From NCBI GenBank assembly GCA_016784025.1, contig JADHVL010000002.1, forward strand, positions 52,490-116,489: a stretch of DNA of 64,000 nucleotides. Direction: 5' to 3'. The stretch is from Fidelibacterota bacterium. GTDB lineage: Bacteria; Fidelibacterota; UBA8477; JABMPR01. The notes below the pieces were generated by a model that did no database searches, was not told where the DNA came from, and worked only from the letters and a program-made list of their open reading frames with translations. Positions 27,194 through 37,671 of the stretch are shown here, piece after piece (position 1 is the first letter of the stretch; each line of letters starts with the position of its first letter). The translations under genes and the position numbers were made by a program.

Positions 27194-28141
27194 ATGAGAT
27201 TTCTTTTAGTTCTGGTGCTCATGCTTAGTCTTATTTCATGCAGCATGCTTCTACCTATCAAAGTTGACAAAGCTGGAGATATCAAGATTAAATCTACTCC
27301 AGAGCGGCTGGTTCGTGGTGAATATCTTGTTGAACATGTCGCTGGGTGCGCTGATTGCCATAGCCAGCGGGACTGGTCAATATTTATGGCTCCCTCTATA
27401 GCTGGAACACATGGAGCCGGTGGTGAGGTATTCAATGAAGCGATGGGAACTCCTGGGACCATCTATGCTCCCAATATCACGCCTGCAGCACTTGATTCCT
27501 GGACAGATGGAGAGATTGTAAGGGCGATTACCTGCGGAGTGAATAAGGAGGGGGTTCCACTTTCTCCTATTATGCCTTATCCTAATTATGCTCGAATGAG
27601 TCAGGAAGATATCTATAGTATTGTGGCTTATCTAAGAACGCTGGCTCCTATCGCAAACGAGGTCCCAAAGCGTAAATTGAATTTCCCTTTAAACTTGATC
27701 GTCCGCACCATTCCAAAACAGGCTGAGTTTGGTACTCTCCCCTATAAAACTGATGCCATCGCCTATGGGAAATACATGACAAACGCAGCAGGTTGCACAG
27801 ACTGCCATACACCAATGGAAAAAGGCCAACCAGTAGCAGGGATGGAATTCGCAGGTGGTTTCACCATGGGAATGTTATCAGGCGGTACTGTGAATTCAGC
27901 GAATATTACCCCCCATGAAACAGGAATTAAAAGCTGGACGAAAGAGGGTTTCATCCAGCGCTTCAAGGCTTTGGATATTCCTGCAGCGCGTGAAGTCCCT
28001 CTGGCAGCGAACCAGGTAAACACCCCCATGCCCTGGACATATTATGCGACGATGCGGGCTGAGGATTTAGGAGCGATCTACGATTATCTGAGAAGCATTC
28101 CTGCAATAAACAATACAGTTATCAAATACCCCGAACTGTAA
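27194..28141 (+). CDS. Dihaem cytochrome c lipoprotein
   Basis: Two CxxCH motifs (CADCH, CTDCH) with RGEYL/YGKYM, NITP and MP patterns. Lipobox LISC from ATG 27194. Confidence 0.88.
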   Translation: MRFLLVLVLMLSLISCSMLLPIKVDKAGDIKIKSTPERLVRGEYLVEHVAGCADCHSQRDWSIFMAPSIAGTHGAGGEVFNEAMGTPGTIYAPNITPAALDSWTDGEIVRAITCGVNKEGVPLSPIMPYPNYARMSQEDIYSIVAYLRTLAPIANEVPKRKLNFPLNLIVRTIPKQAEFGTLPYKTDAIAYGKYMTNAAGCTDCHTPMEKGQPVAGMEFAGGFTMGMLSGGTVNSANITPHETGIKSWTKEGFIQRFKALDIPAAREVPLAANQVNTPMPWTYYATMRAEDLGAIYDYLRSIPAINNTVIKYPEL

Positions 28142-28150
28142 GGACTGGGT

Positions 28151-28747
28151 TTAGTCTTCTTGCTCTTCTTTCAAAATAATAACTGATTCTAAATCAGGAT
28201 GGTCACCCCTGATATCAGCATAAAACTCTCGGATAAGATCCATATCCTTCTTGATATCACCAGACGGAATAAATGCCGGGCCTGTCCCAGCTATTTTGTT
28301 GGCAAAATCTACATAGCCCAGCAAAAGCGGCACCTGGGCCTTATACCCCATATGATAAAAACCTGACTTCCAATGATCCCTTTTAGCGCGTGTCCCTGAT
28401 GGAGCCAGAGCAATAATTAAATTATCATTTGCGGCAAAATGATCTGCAATTTGATCAACCACACCATGGGTGCTTCGTCGATCAATGGGAATACCCCCCA
28501 ACCATTTCATAAACCCGCCAAAAGGTTTTTTAAACAGAGTATGCTTACCCAACCAGGAAATTTTTATACGCATGATAAACATGACTCCCAGGAGATGAAT
28601 AAAGTCCCAATTACTGGTATGAGGTTCACAAATCAGAATAAACTTACCCTGGGGTGACAGCTCACCCTTAAACTCCCATCCTGTTAGTCGAAACCAGGCC
28701 TTTCCCAGCATCAATTTTAAAAAGCCAGATCGTTTATTATTCTTCAT
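28151..28747 (-). CDS. Lysophospholipid acyltransferase (PlsC-like)
   Basis: PHTSNWD (HxxxxD), GGIPIDR, APSGTR and WKSGFY motifs. Confidence 0.88.
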   Translation of the reverse strand: MKNNKRSGFLKLMLGKAWFRLTGWEFKGELSPQGKFILICEPHTSNWDFIHLLGVMFIMRIKISWLGKHTLFKKPFGGFMKWLGGIPIDRRSTHGVVDQIADHFAANDNLIIALAPSGTRAKRDHWKSGFYHMGYKAQVPLLLGYVDFANKIAGTGPAFIPSGDIKKDMDLIREFYADIRGDHPDLESVIILKEEQED

Positions 28748-28750
28748 GAT

Positions 28751-30022
28751 CTATCTCCCAAAATCATTATTTCGCATTGATCGCCCGGCCAGAAATCCCG
28801 TTGACCAACTAGAGGTCAAATTATAGCCACCGGTTTCACCGTTTACATCAATAACTTCACCGGCAAAATATAGGTTTGATGTTAATTTTGATTCCATGGT
28901 TGTGGGATCTATCTCCTTCAGTGAAACACCACCAGATGTAACGATGGCACGATCATAAGAATCGTGACCAATGACCTGCATGGGAAATTCTTTCAAGAGC
29001 ATTCTCAAGCGTTTACGCTCTTCTCCAGTGACTTGATGCAACTTTTTAGCAGGATCTATTTCCAGCAGATCCACAAAAAGGTCGATCATTTTTAGGGGTA
29101 AAAGGGATTTCAATAGGCTTCTAAAATTCTGCTTACTATTATTTGATAACTCTCGAAGCAGTCGCTGATCCAATTTTTTGTGATCCAAAGCTGGTTTAAG
29201 ATCAATTTTAATTTGGACTTCCTTCGTGGACTCCAGCATGGCCACCAGGGTTTCACTTAAGGTCAGAATAATGGGACCTGTCACACCTTTTCGAGTGAAC
29301 ATCATTTCCCCAAACATTTCAGCGACTTTTTTACCTTCATCCCAGATTGAGAGTGAAATATTTCGCAGACTTACACCCATCACCCGTTTTGCAGTGTCAC
29401 CGGCAGTTAAGACAGGCACCAGAGATGGAGCCGTATCTACAATAGTATGGTCAAAGGCCTTAGCCATGGTGTATCCATCACCCGTTGATCCAGTTGCCGG
29501 GTATCCCAAGCCTCCAGAGCATATACACACTTGATCCGCCAGAACTTGCGTCTGGTGTTCTCCCTGTTTCACCTGCAGAACATATTGGCCCCCATCAATT
29601 TTTTGAATTCCAGTCACATGTGTTTTCATGGCAATAGGGATATTTAAATCACTTAGTTTTTTTTCAAATGCTACAACAATATCTGTCGCTCGATCACTTT
29701 CGCAGAAGTATCGCCCTCCCCTCTCCAGCTTGGTAGGAACCCCCAGATCATTTATGTATTTGAGCAAATCATGATTGAAAAATTGTGAAAACGCATACTT
29801 GAGAAAGCGACCTTTTTTTCCAAACCGATTCAGGAAGCTTTGCATGCTCTCCTCGTTGGTGATATTGCAGCGTCCCTTGCCTGAGATACGCAATTTGAGA
29901 CCCGTTTTGTGCATTTTTTCCAGGATGACTATGCTGTGATTAGGATTGAACGCCTCAACCCCTGCAATGAGACCTGCTGGTCCAGCGCCAATAATGACGG
30001 TATTGTAGTGGGGCTCTAGCAT
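28751..30022 (-). CDS. HI0933/YhiN (BaiN) family flavoprotein
   Basis: GAGPAG, KLRISGKGRCNITN, GG..YP.TGSTGDG, VTSGGV and GEVID..G.TGGYN motifs. Confidence 0.92.
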   Translation of the reverse strand: MLEPHYNTVIIGAGPAGLIAGVEAFNPNHSIVILEKMHKTGLKLRISGKGRCNITNEESMQSFLNRFGKKGRFLKYAFSQFFNHDLLKYINDLGVPTKLERGGRYFCESDRATDIVVAFEKKLSDLNIPIAMKTHVTGIQKIDGGQYVLQVKQGEHQTQVLADQVCICSGGLGYPATGSTGDGYTMAKAFDHTIVDTAPSLVPVLTAGDTAKRVMGVSLRNISLSIWDEGKKVAEMFGEMMFTRKGVTGPIILTLSETLVAMLESTKEVQIKIDLKPALDHKKLDQRLLRELSNNSKQNFRSLLKSLLPLKMIDLFVDLLEIDPAKKLHQVTGEERKRLRMLLKEFPMQVIGHDSYDRAIVTSGGVSLKEIDPTTMESKLTSNLYFAGEVIDVNGETGGYNLTSSWSTGFLAGRSMRNNDFGR

Positions 30023-30028
30023 ATCAAA

Positions 30029-30577
30029 TCATTGCGCCTGCCAGGTTGAAGACAGTTTCCCATAAACGGCCATATCAACAAATTTATCCCATTTGAGAGC
30101 ATGTTGTTTGAGGACACCTTCTGGTTCCATACCGATTTTTTGCATGACACGTCCAGAAGCCGGATTTCGAGTCATATGACTGGCATGAATCTTATTCAAC
30201 TGTAGCGTCTCAAATCCATATTTGAGTAATGCCTTCGATGCTTCTGTGGCATATCCATTTCCCCAAAATGGCTTGCCAACCCAGTAACCCAATTCCGCCC
30301 GATTAAATCGCTGCATCACCGTAAGACCGACAGCACCAACCAATTTTCCCGAATACAATTCAATCATAGCAAAGACAACTCCACTGCCTGAATTAAATTC
30401 TGATTGATGTGAATTCATCCAGGTTTCAGCCATACCATCTAGATAGGGGTGGGGAATATTGAGTGTCATTTCAGCGATTTCAAATGCTCCAGCCAGCTCC
30501 TGGATCTTGGGAGCATCAGTTGGGAGGAAACCCCTTAGCATGAGTCGTTCTAGTTTTATTTCTGGATATTTTTTCAT
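30029..30577 (-). CDS. GNAT N-acetyltransferase (RimJ/RimL-like)
   Basis: AELGYW...FWGNGYATEA, NPASGRVMQKIGM..EG. Confidence 0.9.
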   Translation of the reverse strand: MKKYPEIKLERLMLRGFLPTDAPKIQELAGAFEIAEMTLNIPHPYLDGMAETWMNSHQSEFNSGSGVVFAMIELYSGKLVGAVGLTVMQRFNRAELGYWVGKPFWGNGYATEASKALLKYGFETLQLNKIHASHMTRNPASGRVMQKIGMEPEGVLKQHALKWDKFVDMAVYGKLSSTWQAQ

Positions 30578-30626
30578 GGGATTCTTACCCCCATACTGGT
30601 GCTTGCATCATCTGGGCAATATATCG

Positions 30627-31994
30627 TTATAATAAATCCTGAATCTCCGTTTTAAATTCATTGACCAGGGAAGCCGCAACTGTCTGGCTTGATCCTTCGG
30701 CAAAGATACGGACAATAGGTTCTGTATTTGATGCCCGAAAGTGGACCCAGCGATCCTTCCAGCTAATTTTCACCCCATCCTCAAGGTTTGGAACCAGACT
30801 GGCATATTTTTCAGCCAAGGACTGGAGGATATCTGCTGGCTGGTATCCCTGAACATTGATTTTGTCCTTAACCATTTCATAGCGGGGTAGATCATCTGCA
30901 ATTTCGCGTATGGATTGTTTGGTTTCAGCCATAAGCGAAAGAATGAGACCTGAAGCAACAAGTGAATCACGGCCAAGATGAGATTCAGCTAAAATCACAC
31001 CACCGTTACCTTCACCTCCAATGAGTGTATCTACTTGCTGCATTTTGCGAGCAACGTGAATTTCACCAACAGGAGTTCTTAAAACCCTGCGACCATAGCG
31101 TTCAGCCAGATCATCCAGAGCCTTGGTTGAACTTAAGTTGGTAACCAGAGGTCGACGATCATCATCGGCAGCATGGCGGAGGGCGTGGTAAGCAGCCAGC
31201 ACCAGTGTATATTCTTCAACAAGAGGATTGCCATATCCATCGATGACTGCCAGTCTGTCAGCATCAGGATCAGTAGCGATTCCAATATCTGCTCCCAGGC
31301 GACTCACAGTCTTTCTTAGTTCCATAAGGTTTTCAGGGAGAGGCTCAGGGGTATGGACAAAATTTCCATCATTATTGCAGTTAATGGGGAATACTTCACA
31401 GCCTATTCGTTCCAGGAAGGCAGGTAGTGCCTCTGACCCGGCGCCATTGATGGCATCAATAACAACCTTCGGTCGCAACTCACGAATCGCATCCACATTT
31501 ACAAGATCCAGAGCCATCACATTCTCAATGTGCCGCTCAATCCTATCATCTAACTTGGTAACAGAGCCAGTCAACTCAGATACAAGCGGACCAGCCACCT
31601 TCACTTTAGCCAATTCGATTTGAAGTTGTCTGTGTTCTTCAGAATCTAGAAACAAACCTTCATCACCTACAAATTTCAGCGCATTCCATTCGATGGGGTT
31701 GTGGCTGGCGGTAACGATGATTCCGCCTCTGGCATTCAGGTCTTTTACCATCAGTTGAGCTGTGGGTGTGGGACAGATCCCACAATCAATAATTTCACAA
31801 CCCAATTGGTTTAAAGCTTTTTCAACGACACCCTTGAACATTTCTCCAGAGGGTCGGCTGTCCTGAGCAATAACGATACGCCCATTATCCATGAGTTGAG
31901 CAAAAGCTCTGGTATAAACTTCAACGACCTCTTCATCGAAGCCATCATTGATGATTCCGCGAACTCCTGAGATTCCTGATATTAAAATAGGCAT
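30627..31994 (-). CDS. glmM: Phosphohexomutase (phosphoglucosamine mutase family)
   Basis: ISGVRG, TASHNP, DPDADR, GGEGNGG and RASNTEP motifs. Confidence 0.8.
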   Translation of the reverse strand: MPILISGISGVRGIINDGFDEEVVEVYTRAFAQLMDNGRIVIAQDSRPSGEMFKGVVEKALNQLGCEIIDCGICPTPTAQLMVKDLNARGGIIVTASHNPIEWNALKFVGDEGLFLDSEEHRQLQIELAKVKVAGPLVSELTGSVTKLDDRIERHIENVMALDLVNVDAIRELRPKVVIDAINGAGSEALPAFLERIGCEVFPINCNNDGNFVHTPEPLPENLMELRKTVSRLGADIGIATDPDADRLAVIDGYGNPLVEEYTLVLAAYHALRHAADDDRRPLVTNLSSTKALDDLAERYGRRVLRTPVGEIHVARKMQQVDTLIGGEGNGGVILAESHLGRDSLVASGLILSLMAETKQSIREIADDLPRYEMVKDKINVQGYQPADILQSLAEKYASLVPNLEDGVKISWKDRWVHFRASNTEPIVRIFAEGSSQTVAASLVNEFKTEIQDLL

Positions 31995-32021
31995 TTTTCC
32001 TCCCTGAGGGATACAGCTGAT

Positions 32022-32522
32022 CTAGATCAGTTTGTATCCATATAAATGTTCTATGGTCGTTTTTCCAATGGTAAAAGGCTTGGTATCCTCAAAGATAAAT
32101 CCCTGATGATTATACCAGTCAATGGCGGGCAGGTTTTCAACCATGACACCCAGCCATACACGATCAACGTTATATTTTTTTCTAGCGTTATTAATTCCAT
32201 ATTGCATCATACGCTTTCCCAGCTTCAATTTTTGATATGATGGTAAAACATAGAGCGATGTGATGAAAAACTGGAGATCCTGTTGATTCCAGTAGGTTTT
32301 GCTATATCCTACGATGAATTGGTCAACCAGAGCGACACACCCATCTACTATTTTGGAGTCATACAAATTCTGGAGTTTTGTAAGGGCATAATAAGAATCA
32401 TGAAATTCTTTCCGATCCTCTTCTGGTACAAATGCTCCGTAGGCATCAGCCCAGGTATCCCAAGCGACCCTTTGAATAGAGGGCAGATCAGATCTACGCC
32501 ATGGCCGCACGCCATTCTTCAT
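32022..32522 (-). CDS. GNAT N-acetyltransferase
   Basis: LYVLPSYQKLKLGK, VWLGV...N..AI.WY..QGF. Confidence 0.85.
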   Translation of the reverse strand: MKNGVRPWRRSDLPSIQRVAWDTWADAYGAFVPEEDRKEFHDSYYALTKLQNLYDSKIVDGCVALVDQFIVGYSKTYWNQQDLQFFITSLYVLPSYQKLKLGKRMMQYGINNARKKYNVDRVWLGVMVENLPAIDWYNHQGFIFEDTKPFTIGKTTIEHLYGYKLI

Positions 32523-32902
32523 CGAAAAGTGGCCTTAAAGAGAGCGTAGGCCAGCCATGACCAACCTGCAATAAATGCTACGCCACCAATTGGGGTAATT
32601 GCTCCAAAATATTTCTTTCCACTGATGGCCAGGATGTAAAGACTTCCCGAGAAAAATAAAATACCAATGATAATCAAGTATCCTGTAATGTTTAACTCTT
32701 TGGGGGACATATAATTTGAGAGACCAGGTAGAATCAGGAGAAGCAAGGAGTGAATCGCTTGATAGAAGACTGCTTTTTCCCAGATGCTTTGTCCATAGCT
32801 GTCCAGAATATTTTTTAAAGCATGAGCACCGAAAGCACCTAAACCGACGGTTAGGATTCCAAACATAGCACCCATAAAAGCAAAAAAAGTTGCTGGCATC
32901 AT
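32519..32902 (-). CDS. DUF423 (YgdD/TMEM256-like) membrane protein
   Basis: LGAFGAHAL, YQ..H, GI..FSGSLY and GAITPIGG motifs. Confidence 0.92.
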   Translation of the reverse strand: MMPATFFAFMGAMFGILTVGLGAFGAHALKNILDSYGQSIWEKAVFYQAIHSLLLLILPGLSNYMSPKELNITGYLIIIGILFFSGSLYILAISGKKYFGAITPIGGVAFIAGWSWLAYALFKATFR

Positions 32903-33951
32903 GCTTCCATGTCTCGGGCTCGTTTTTGACCACGTATAAAGTATTGGAAGAAAATGGAGCCCCCATACATCCTGCGTAGAGTGGCTGCAACCGCCTGGGG
33001 TTTCCGCTTTTTCCCAGCTTCTTGATGTTTTTTTATCAGGAGAAATGGATGGCTAAGATTCCAACCAATGGCCATGAGAATTGCGGCCATTCGTTTCCAG
33101 TCGCGAATCAATGCCGAGAACACAAAAGCCACGCCTTCAAGGGCGATGCGAGCAGGTAAAATGGCGGCGAGATAGACAAAGGGATAGTTTTTGACTATCA
33201 TCATCAGATTATTCCGATGATTCAAATACTTTTTCTGGTAACGATCCGGGGGTAAAGTCCAACCTGAATGGTGGAATATTCTGGATTTGGGAGCGTTCAC
33301 AACCCGCCATCCTGCGTTATGGAATCGCCAGCACAGGTCTATCTCTTCCATGTGGGCAAAGAAATCTTCGTCAAATAAGCCTACATCCTGAAGGGCTGTT
33401 CCACGTATCAAAAGGGCAGTTCCACTGGCCCAAAAGATATCTCTCGGTGTATCGTAATAGCCATCATCCTTCTCGGTAGTTGTAAAAATCCGGCCCAGCG
33501 CGTAGGGAAAAGCCAGGACATCCAACAACCCACCAACACCTCCAGCATAGTCAAAAACTTCGGGGTTTTGAGCAGACATTATTTTGGGCTGCACAGCTGC
33601 AATTTTTGAGTCCATCTCCATCTGCTCAACCAGAGGGCTGATCCAATTCGAGTCATGGGTTGTATCATTATTGAGCACGAGATAATACTCTGATTCAACT
33701 TCTCGTAATCCAACATTACACCCACCAGCAAATCCCAGATTTTCAGAGTTCTGAATAACTGTTACATCAGGGAATTCTCGTTGAACAAAGGCAACACTAT
33801 CATCGGATGATGCATTATCTACTACCACAATTTCCAGATGATTATAATCAGTAGCTTCCAAAGAGCGAAGGCAGGGCTCCAGCACCTCAATTCCATTCCA
33901 ATGCGGAATAACAACTGTCACTTTAGGGTTATTTTTTTGGTGTGTTGTCAT
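32899..33951 (-). CDS. Glycosyltransferase family 2
   Basis: VVIPHWN, VVDNASSD, NLGFAGGCN, LNND and FFAHMEEIDLCWR motifs. Confidence 0.92.
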   Translation of the reverse strand: MTTHQKNNPKVTVVIPHWNGIEVLEPCLRSLEATDYNHLEIVVVDNASSDDSVAFVQREFPDVTVIQNSENLGFAGGCNVGLREVESEYYLVLNNDTTHDSNWISPLVEQMEMDSKIAAVQPKIMSAQNPEVFDYAGGVGGLLDVLAFPYALGRIFTTTEKDDGYYDTPRDIFWASGTALLIRGTALQDVGLFDEDFFAHMEEIDLCWRFHNAGWRVVNAPKSRIFHHSGWTLPPDRYQKKYLNHRNNLMMIVKNYPFVYLAAILPARIALEGVAFVFSALIRDWKRMAAILMAIGWNLSHPFLLIKKHQEAGKKRKPQAVAATLRRMYGGSIFFQYFIRGQKRARDMEA

Positions 33952-34171
33952 AGCTTTAAAGATACACGGGAGGGATGGTGATTCAAATCATTGTGGATTT
34001 AAAAAGATAAATCGACCAGAGATTTTCGGAAAGTGGACCAACGCATCGTTTTCTAAACCAATCAGAACGCTTGTTTTAAGACAAGTATTTGATACTGTTG
34101 AATTATTTTGTAAATAAGACGCTCGAAAAGATAAGATGTCAATTGACCACAAAGGGAAGCGAGAGACTTCA

Positions 34172-34579
34172 ATGGATAAGATTAGCGTTCGTGATTTTAT
34201 GACAAAAGAACTGGTTGTCTTTACTCCTGAAACAGATATCTACACCGCTATAGATGAATTGGTGAAATCTGAAATCTCAGGGGCACCTATTGTAGATGGT
34301 GATGGTCGACTCGTTGGTATTATTTCTCAAAAGGATTGTCTACGTACCCTGGCAAATGGTGCCTTTCATAATGCACCTGCAGGTCCCGTCAGCGAATACA
34401 TGACCGAGGCTGTAATGAGTATTGGTCCGGATATGGACATTTTTACAGTGGCTGACCTCTTCTTGAACAATGTATATCGTAGAATTCCTGTTGTAGAAGA
34501 GGATGTGGTCATTGGCCAGATCAGCCGACGTGACATTTTACGTGCAATCCAACACATGATCGGAAGCGCTAAAGCTTAA
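34172..34579 (+). CDS. CBS-domain pair protein
   Basis: VRDFMT, ISGAPIVD..G.LVGIIS..D, V..YMT and RRIPVV....GQISRRD motifs. An alternative start lies at 34136. Confidence 0.9.
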   Translation: MDKISVRDFMTKELVVFTPETDIYTAIDELVKSEISGAPIVDGDGRLVGIISQKDCLRTLANGAFHNAPAGPVSEYMTEAVMSIGPDMDIFTVADLFLNNVYRRIPVVEEDVVIGQISRRDILRAIQHMIGSAKA

Positions 34580-34722
34580 ATTCAATTGCCGGCCTTTGAA
34601 GCGGTACACCACAGCATTAAAATTGGTAAAAACTCCTCTTGTCAGGGGCAGGTGTTCAGATATCTTGGCGCCATGATAATTGATACTAATATAGTAATAT
34701 TAACCAACACAGGAGAGACCCA

Positions 34723-35865
34723 GTGAAGATCGGTATACCCGTCGAGACAACTTCTGGAGAGACCCGCGTTGCGATGGTCCCCGGAATGGTTACTGCATTT
34801 ACTCGCTTGGAGCATGAAGTCATCATTCAAAAGAATGCCGGAGCAAGCTCATTCATTTCAGATGAAGAATTTGAAAAGGCTGGAGCCAGCATAGTTGATG
34901 ATGCAAAATCGCTTTTTGCAGGAGCAGATGTCATCTTTAAAGTTCAGCCACCCAGTGCTGATGAAGTCAAAATGATGCGGGATGGAGCCATATACATGGG
35001 TTATCTCGCTCCACTGAGCAATCATGAAACCCTCAATGCCATGAATGCAAAAAAGGTTACCAGCTTTGCCACCGAGTTTATTCCTCGAATTTCCCGGGCA
35101 CAAAGTATGGATACACTGAGCTCTATGGCGACTCTGGCTGGTTACAAGGCAGTGCTCATTGCTGCTAACCATCTTGGCAAAATATTCCCCCTACTTATGA
35201 CTGCTGCCGGATCAATTCCCCCAGCAAATACCTTCATATTGGGTGCTGGTGTTGCCGGACTACAGGCTATTGCCACGGCAAAACGGTTGGGCTCTAGAGT
35301 GGAAGCATTTGATCCACGACCTGCCGTCGAAGAGCAGGTAAAAAGTCTTGGCGCTACTTTTGTCCACATGGAAGTTCCAGAAGAAAATGTTGAAACAACA
35401 GGTGGATACGCGAAACAACAGTCTGATGCATTCCTCATTGCAGAGCAGGAAGCGATTGGCGCACGCTTGCCTAAAGTGGATGTTATTATCACAACTGCTC
35501 AGATTTTTGGTAAGGCAGCACCCATTCTCATTACTGAAAAGATGGTTAAAATGATGCGACCTGGTTCTGTCATTATTGATCTGGCCATTGAAGGTGGTGG
35601 AAATTGTGAGCTTTCAGAGGCTGGCAAGACTGTGGTTAAACACGGAGTCACCATCGTGGGTACTTTGAATCTACCTGCCACCTTACCTATTAATGGTAGT
35701 GGCATGTTTTCAAAAAACCTCCTCAACCTTTTCAAAAACATCTTTCAGAATGAAGACAACTCCCTTGATTTTGATGAAGAAGTCACTGCAGGAGCTTGCA
35801 TCACTCACGCTGGAGAAATTCAAAATGATCTTGTTAAAAAATCTATAACAGGAGGGAATGCATAA
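34723..35865 (+). CDS. pntAA: NAD(P) transhydrogenase subunit alpha part 1
   Basis: ETRVA..P, PRISRAQSMD.LSSM, GAGVAGLQAIATA and GGYA motifs. Confidence 0.95.
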   Translation: MKIGIPVETTSGETRVAMVPGMVTAFTRLEHEVIIQKNAGASSFISDEEFEKAGASIVDDAKSLFAGADVIFKVQPPSADEVKMMRDGAIYMGYLAPLSNHETLNAMNAKKVTSFATEFIPRISRAQSMDTLSSMATLAGYKAVLIAANHLGKIFPLLMTAAGSIPPANTFILGAGVAGLQAIATAKRLGSRVEAFDPRPAVEEQVKSLGATFVHMEVPEENVETTGGYAKQQSDAFLIAEQEAIGARLPKVDVIITTAQIFGKAAPILITEKMVKMMRPGSVIIDLAIEGGGNCELSEAGKTVVKHGVTIVGTLNLPATLPINGSGMFSKNLLNLFKNIFQNEDNSLDFDEEVTAGACITHAGEIQNDLVKKSITGGNA

Positions 35866-36164
35866 TGGAAAGTCTAATTGTATCCATCTATGTTTTCACT
35901 CTCGCCGTCTTTATCGGCTTTGAGTTGATTACAAAGGTTCCGCCACTACTGCATACCCCTCTCATGTCTGGTTCAAATGCCATTTCAGGTATCACTGTAG
36001 TCGGTGCTCTATTGGCAGCCAATGCCAATAACTGGAAAGTCAGCACCCTCCTCGGAGTTCTGGCCATCGTTTTCGCCATGATCAACGTGATTGGTGGATT
36101 TATGGTAACTGATCGCATGCTGGGCATGTTTAGAAAAGATAAAAAGACTGAGAAAGGAGCCTGA
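35865..36164 (+). CDS. pntAB: NAD(P) transhydrogenase subunit alpha part 2
   Basis: VPPLLHTPLMSGSNAISGI, INVIGGFMVTDRML. Confidence 0.95.
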   Translation: MESLIVSIYVFTLAVFIGFELITKVPPLLHTPLMSGSNAISGITVVGALLAANANNWKVSTLLGVLAIVFAMINVIGGFMVTDRMLGMFRKDKKTEKGA

Positions 36165-37552
36165 TGATGATCTATTTAGAACAGTTCACCTATCTCCTGG
36201 CTTCAGCACTTTTTATTATTGGATTGAAGTATCTTGGTTCAGCTAAAACTGCCCGTAAGGGTAACCAATATGCTATGATGGCCATGGCCATCGCCATTGT
36301 GATCACCTTGGTGGTCTCTGGTATAGCAGGTCCCGTTCAAATCATAGTCGGTATGGTTGTCGGTGGACTCATTGGTGGAGTCGTTGCCAAAAAAATCGAA
36401 ATGACATCCATGCCACAAATGGTGGCCCTATTCAATGGGTTTGGTGGTATCGCCTCAACTCTGGTGGCTTATTCGGAATATCTTGAGCCAACCACGCTTC
36501 CTGTGCCATTGGATGTGAACATTACCCTCATTTTGAGTTTGTTCATTGGTACGGTCACCTTAACTGGTTCATTGATCGCCTTCGCTAAACTGCAAGGTCT
36601 CATGCCAGGTCGACCCCTTGTTCTGCCATTGCATCAGTTACTTAACTTTGTGCTGATGATCGGTGTAGTAATCTTTGGTGTCATGTATGTCATGGCCCCA
36701 GATGTACCAATGTGGCCTCTGCTTATCATCGCAGCTGCTGCAATCTTTGGTGTCACCTTTGTAATTCCAATTGGTGGTGCAGATATGCCTGTAGTTATTG
36801 CACTCTTGAATTCCTATTCAGGTCTGGCCGCCTCAGCCACAGGTTTTGTCCTGTCCAATAATGTTCTCATTATTGCTGGTGCACTGGTTGGCGCCTCTGG
36901 GTTGATTTTGACCCAGTTAATGTGTGATGCCATGAACCGCAGTCTTTTCAATGTACTATTTGGTGCTGTCGGCACAGATGACAGTACAGGTGATGCAGGA
37001 ACTGGTGGTGGCGAGCAAAAGACAGTGACTCGTTACACTGCTGAAGATGCTGCCATGATCATGGATACGGTTCAATCAGTTATCATCGTTCCTGGCTATG
37101 GGCTGGCTGTAGCTCAGGCTCAGCATGTTTTACATGAAATGGCTGAGATCCTCACTGCCCGGGGAATCGATGTCAAATATGCCATTCACCCTGTGGCTGG
37201 TAGAATGCCCGGTCATATGAATGTCCTGTTGGCAGAAGCCAACGTTCCCTACGATGTGCTTTATGAAATGGATGACATTAATGATGAATTCCAGAACACA
37301 GATGTGGCTTTGATTATCGGTGCAAATGACGTTGTGAATCCAGCTGCCCGGACCAAGAAAGACAGTCCACTTTACGGCATGCCGATTTTGAATGTTGATT
37401 ATGCCCGAACCGTCATGTTTGTCAAACGATCCATGGGTGCCGGTTTTGCCGGTGAAGCCAATCCCTTGTTCTTTGACGATAAAACCATGATGGTCTTTGG
37501 AGATGCCAAGGCCGTTGTTACAGGTCTTGTGAAATCCCTCAAAGAAGAGTAA
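36164..37552 (+). CDS. pntB: NAD(P) transhydrogenase subunit beta
   Basis: MTSMPQMVA, IGGADMPVVIALLNSYSG, VPGYGLAVAQAQH, HPVAGRMPGHMNVLLAEA and GANDVVNPAA motifs. Confidence 0.97.
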   Translation: MMIYLEQFTYLLASALFIIGLKYLGSAKTARKGNQYAMMAMAIAIVITLVVSGIAGPVQIIVGMVVGGLIGGVVAKKIEMTSMPQMVALFNGFGGIASTLVAYSEYLEPTTLPVPLDVNITLILSLFIGTVTLTGSLIAFAKLQGLMPGRPLVLPLHQLLNFVLMIGVVIFGVMYVMAPDVPMWPLLIIAAAAIFGVTFVIPIGGADMPVVIALLNSYSGLAASATGFVLSNNVLIIAGALVGASGLILTQLMCDAMNRSLFNVLFGAVGTDDSTGDAGTGGGEQKTVTRYTAEDAAMIMDTVQSVIIVPGYGLAVAQAQHVLHEMAEILTARGIDVKYAIHPVAGRMPGHMNVLLAEANVPYDVLYEMDDINDEFQNTDVALIIGANDVVNPAARTKKDSPLYGMPILNVDYARTVMFVKRSMGAGFAGEANPLFFDDKTMMVFGDAKAVVTGLVKSLKEE

Positions 37553-37640
37553 TGCTCGTCATCCCCAGCGGCCTACAGGGGCATAGCACCTGTGGTACGT
37601 AGACCTGAGTCGAGGGATAACAGATAAATGATAGATGTTT

Positions 37641-37668
37641 AAAAGCCTCGGGAAACCGAGGCTTTTTT
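37641..37668. terminator. Intrinsic (probably bidirectional) terminator
   Basis: AAAAGCCTCGG-GAAA-CCGAGGCTTTTTT between convergent genes. Confidence 0.85.
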
Positions 37669-37671
37669 ATG

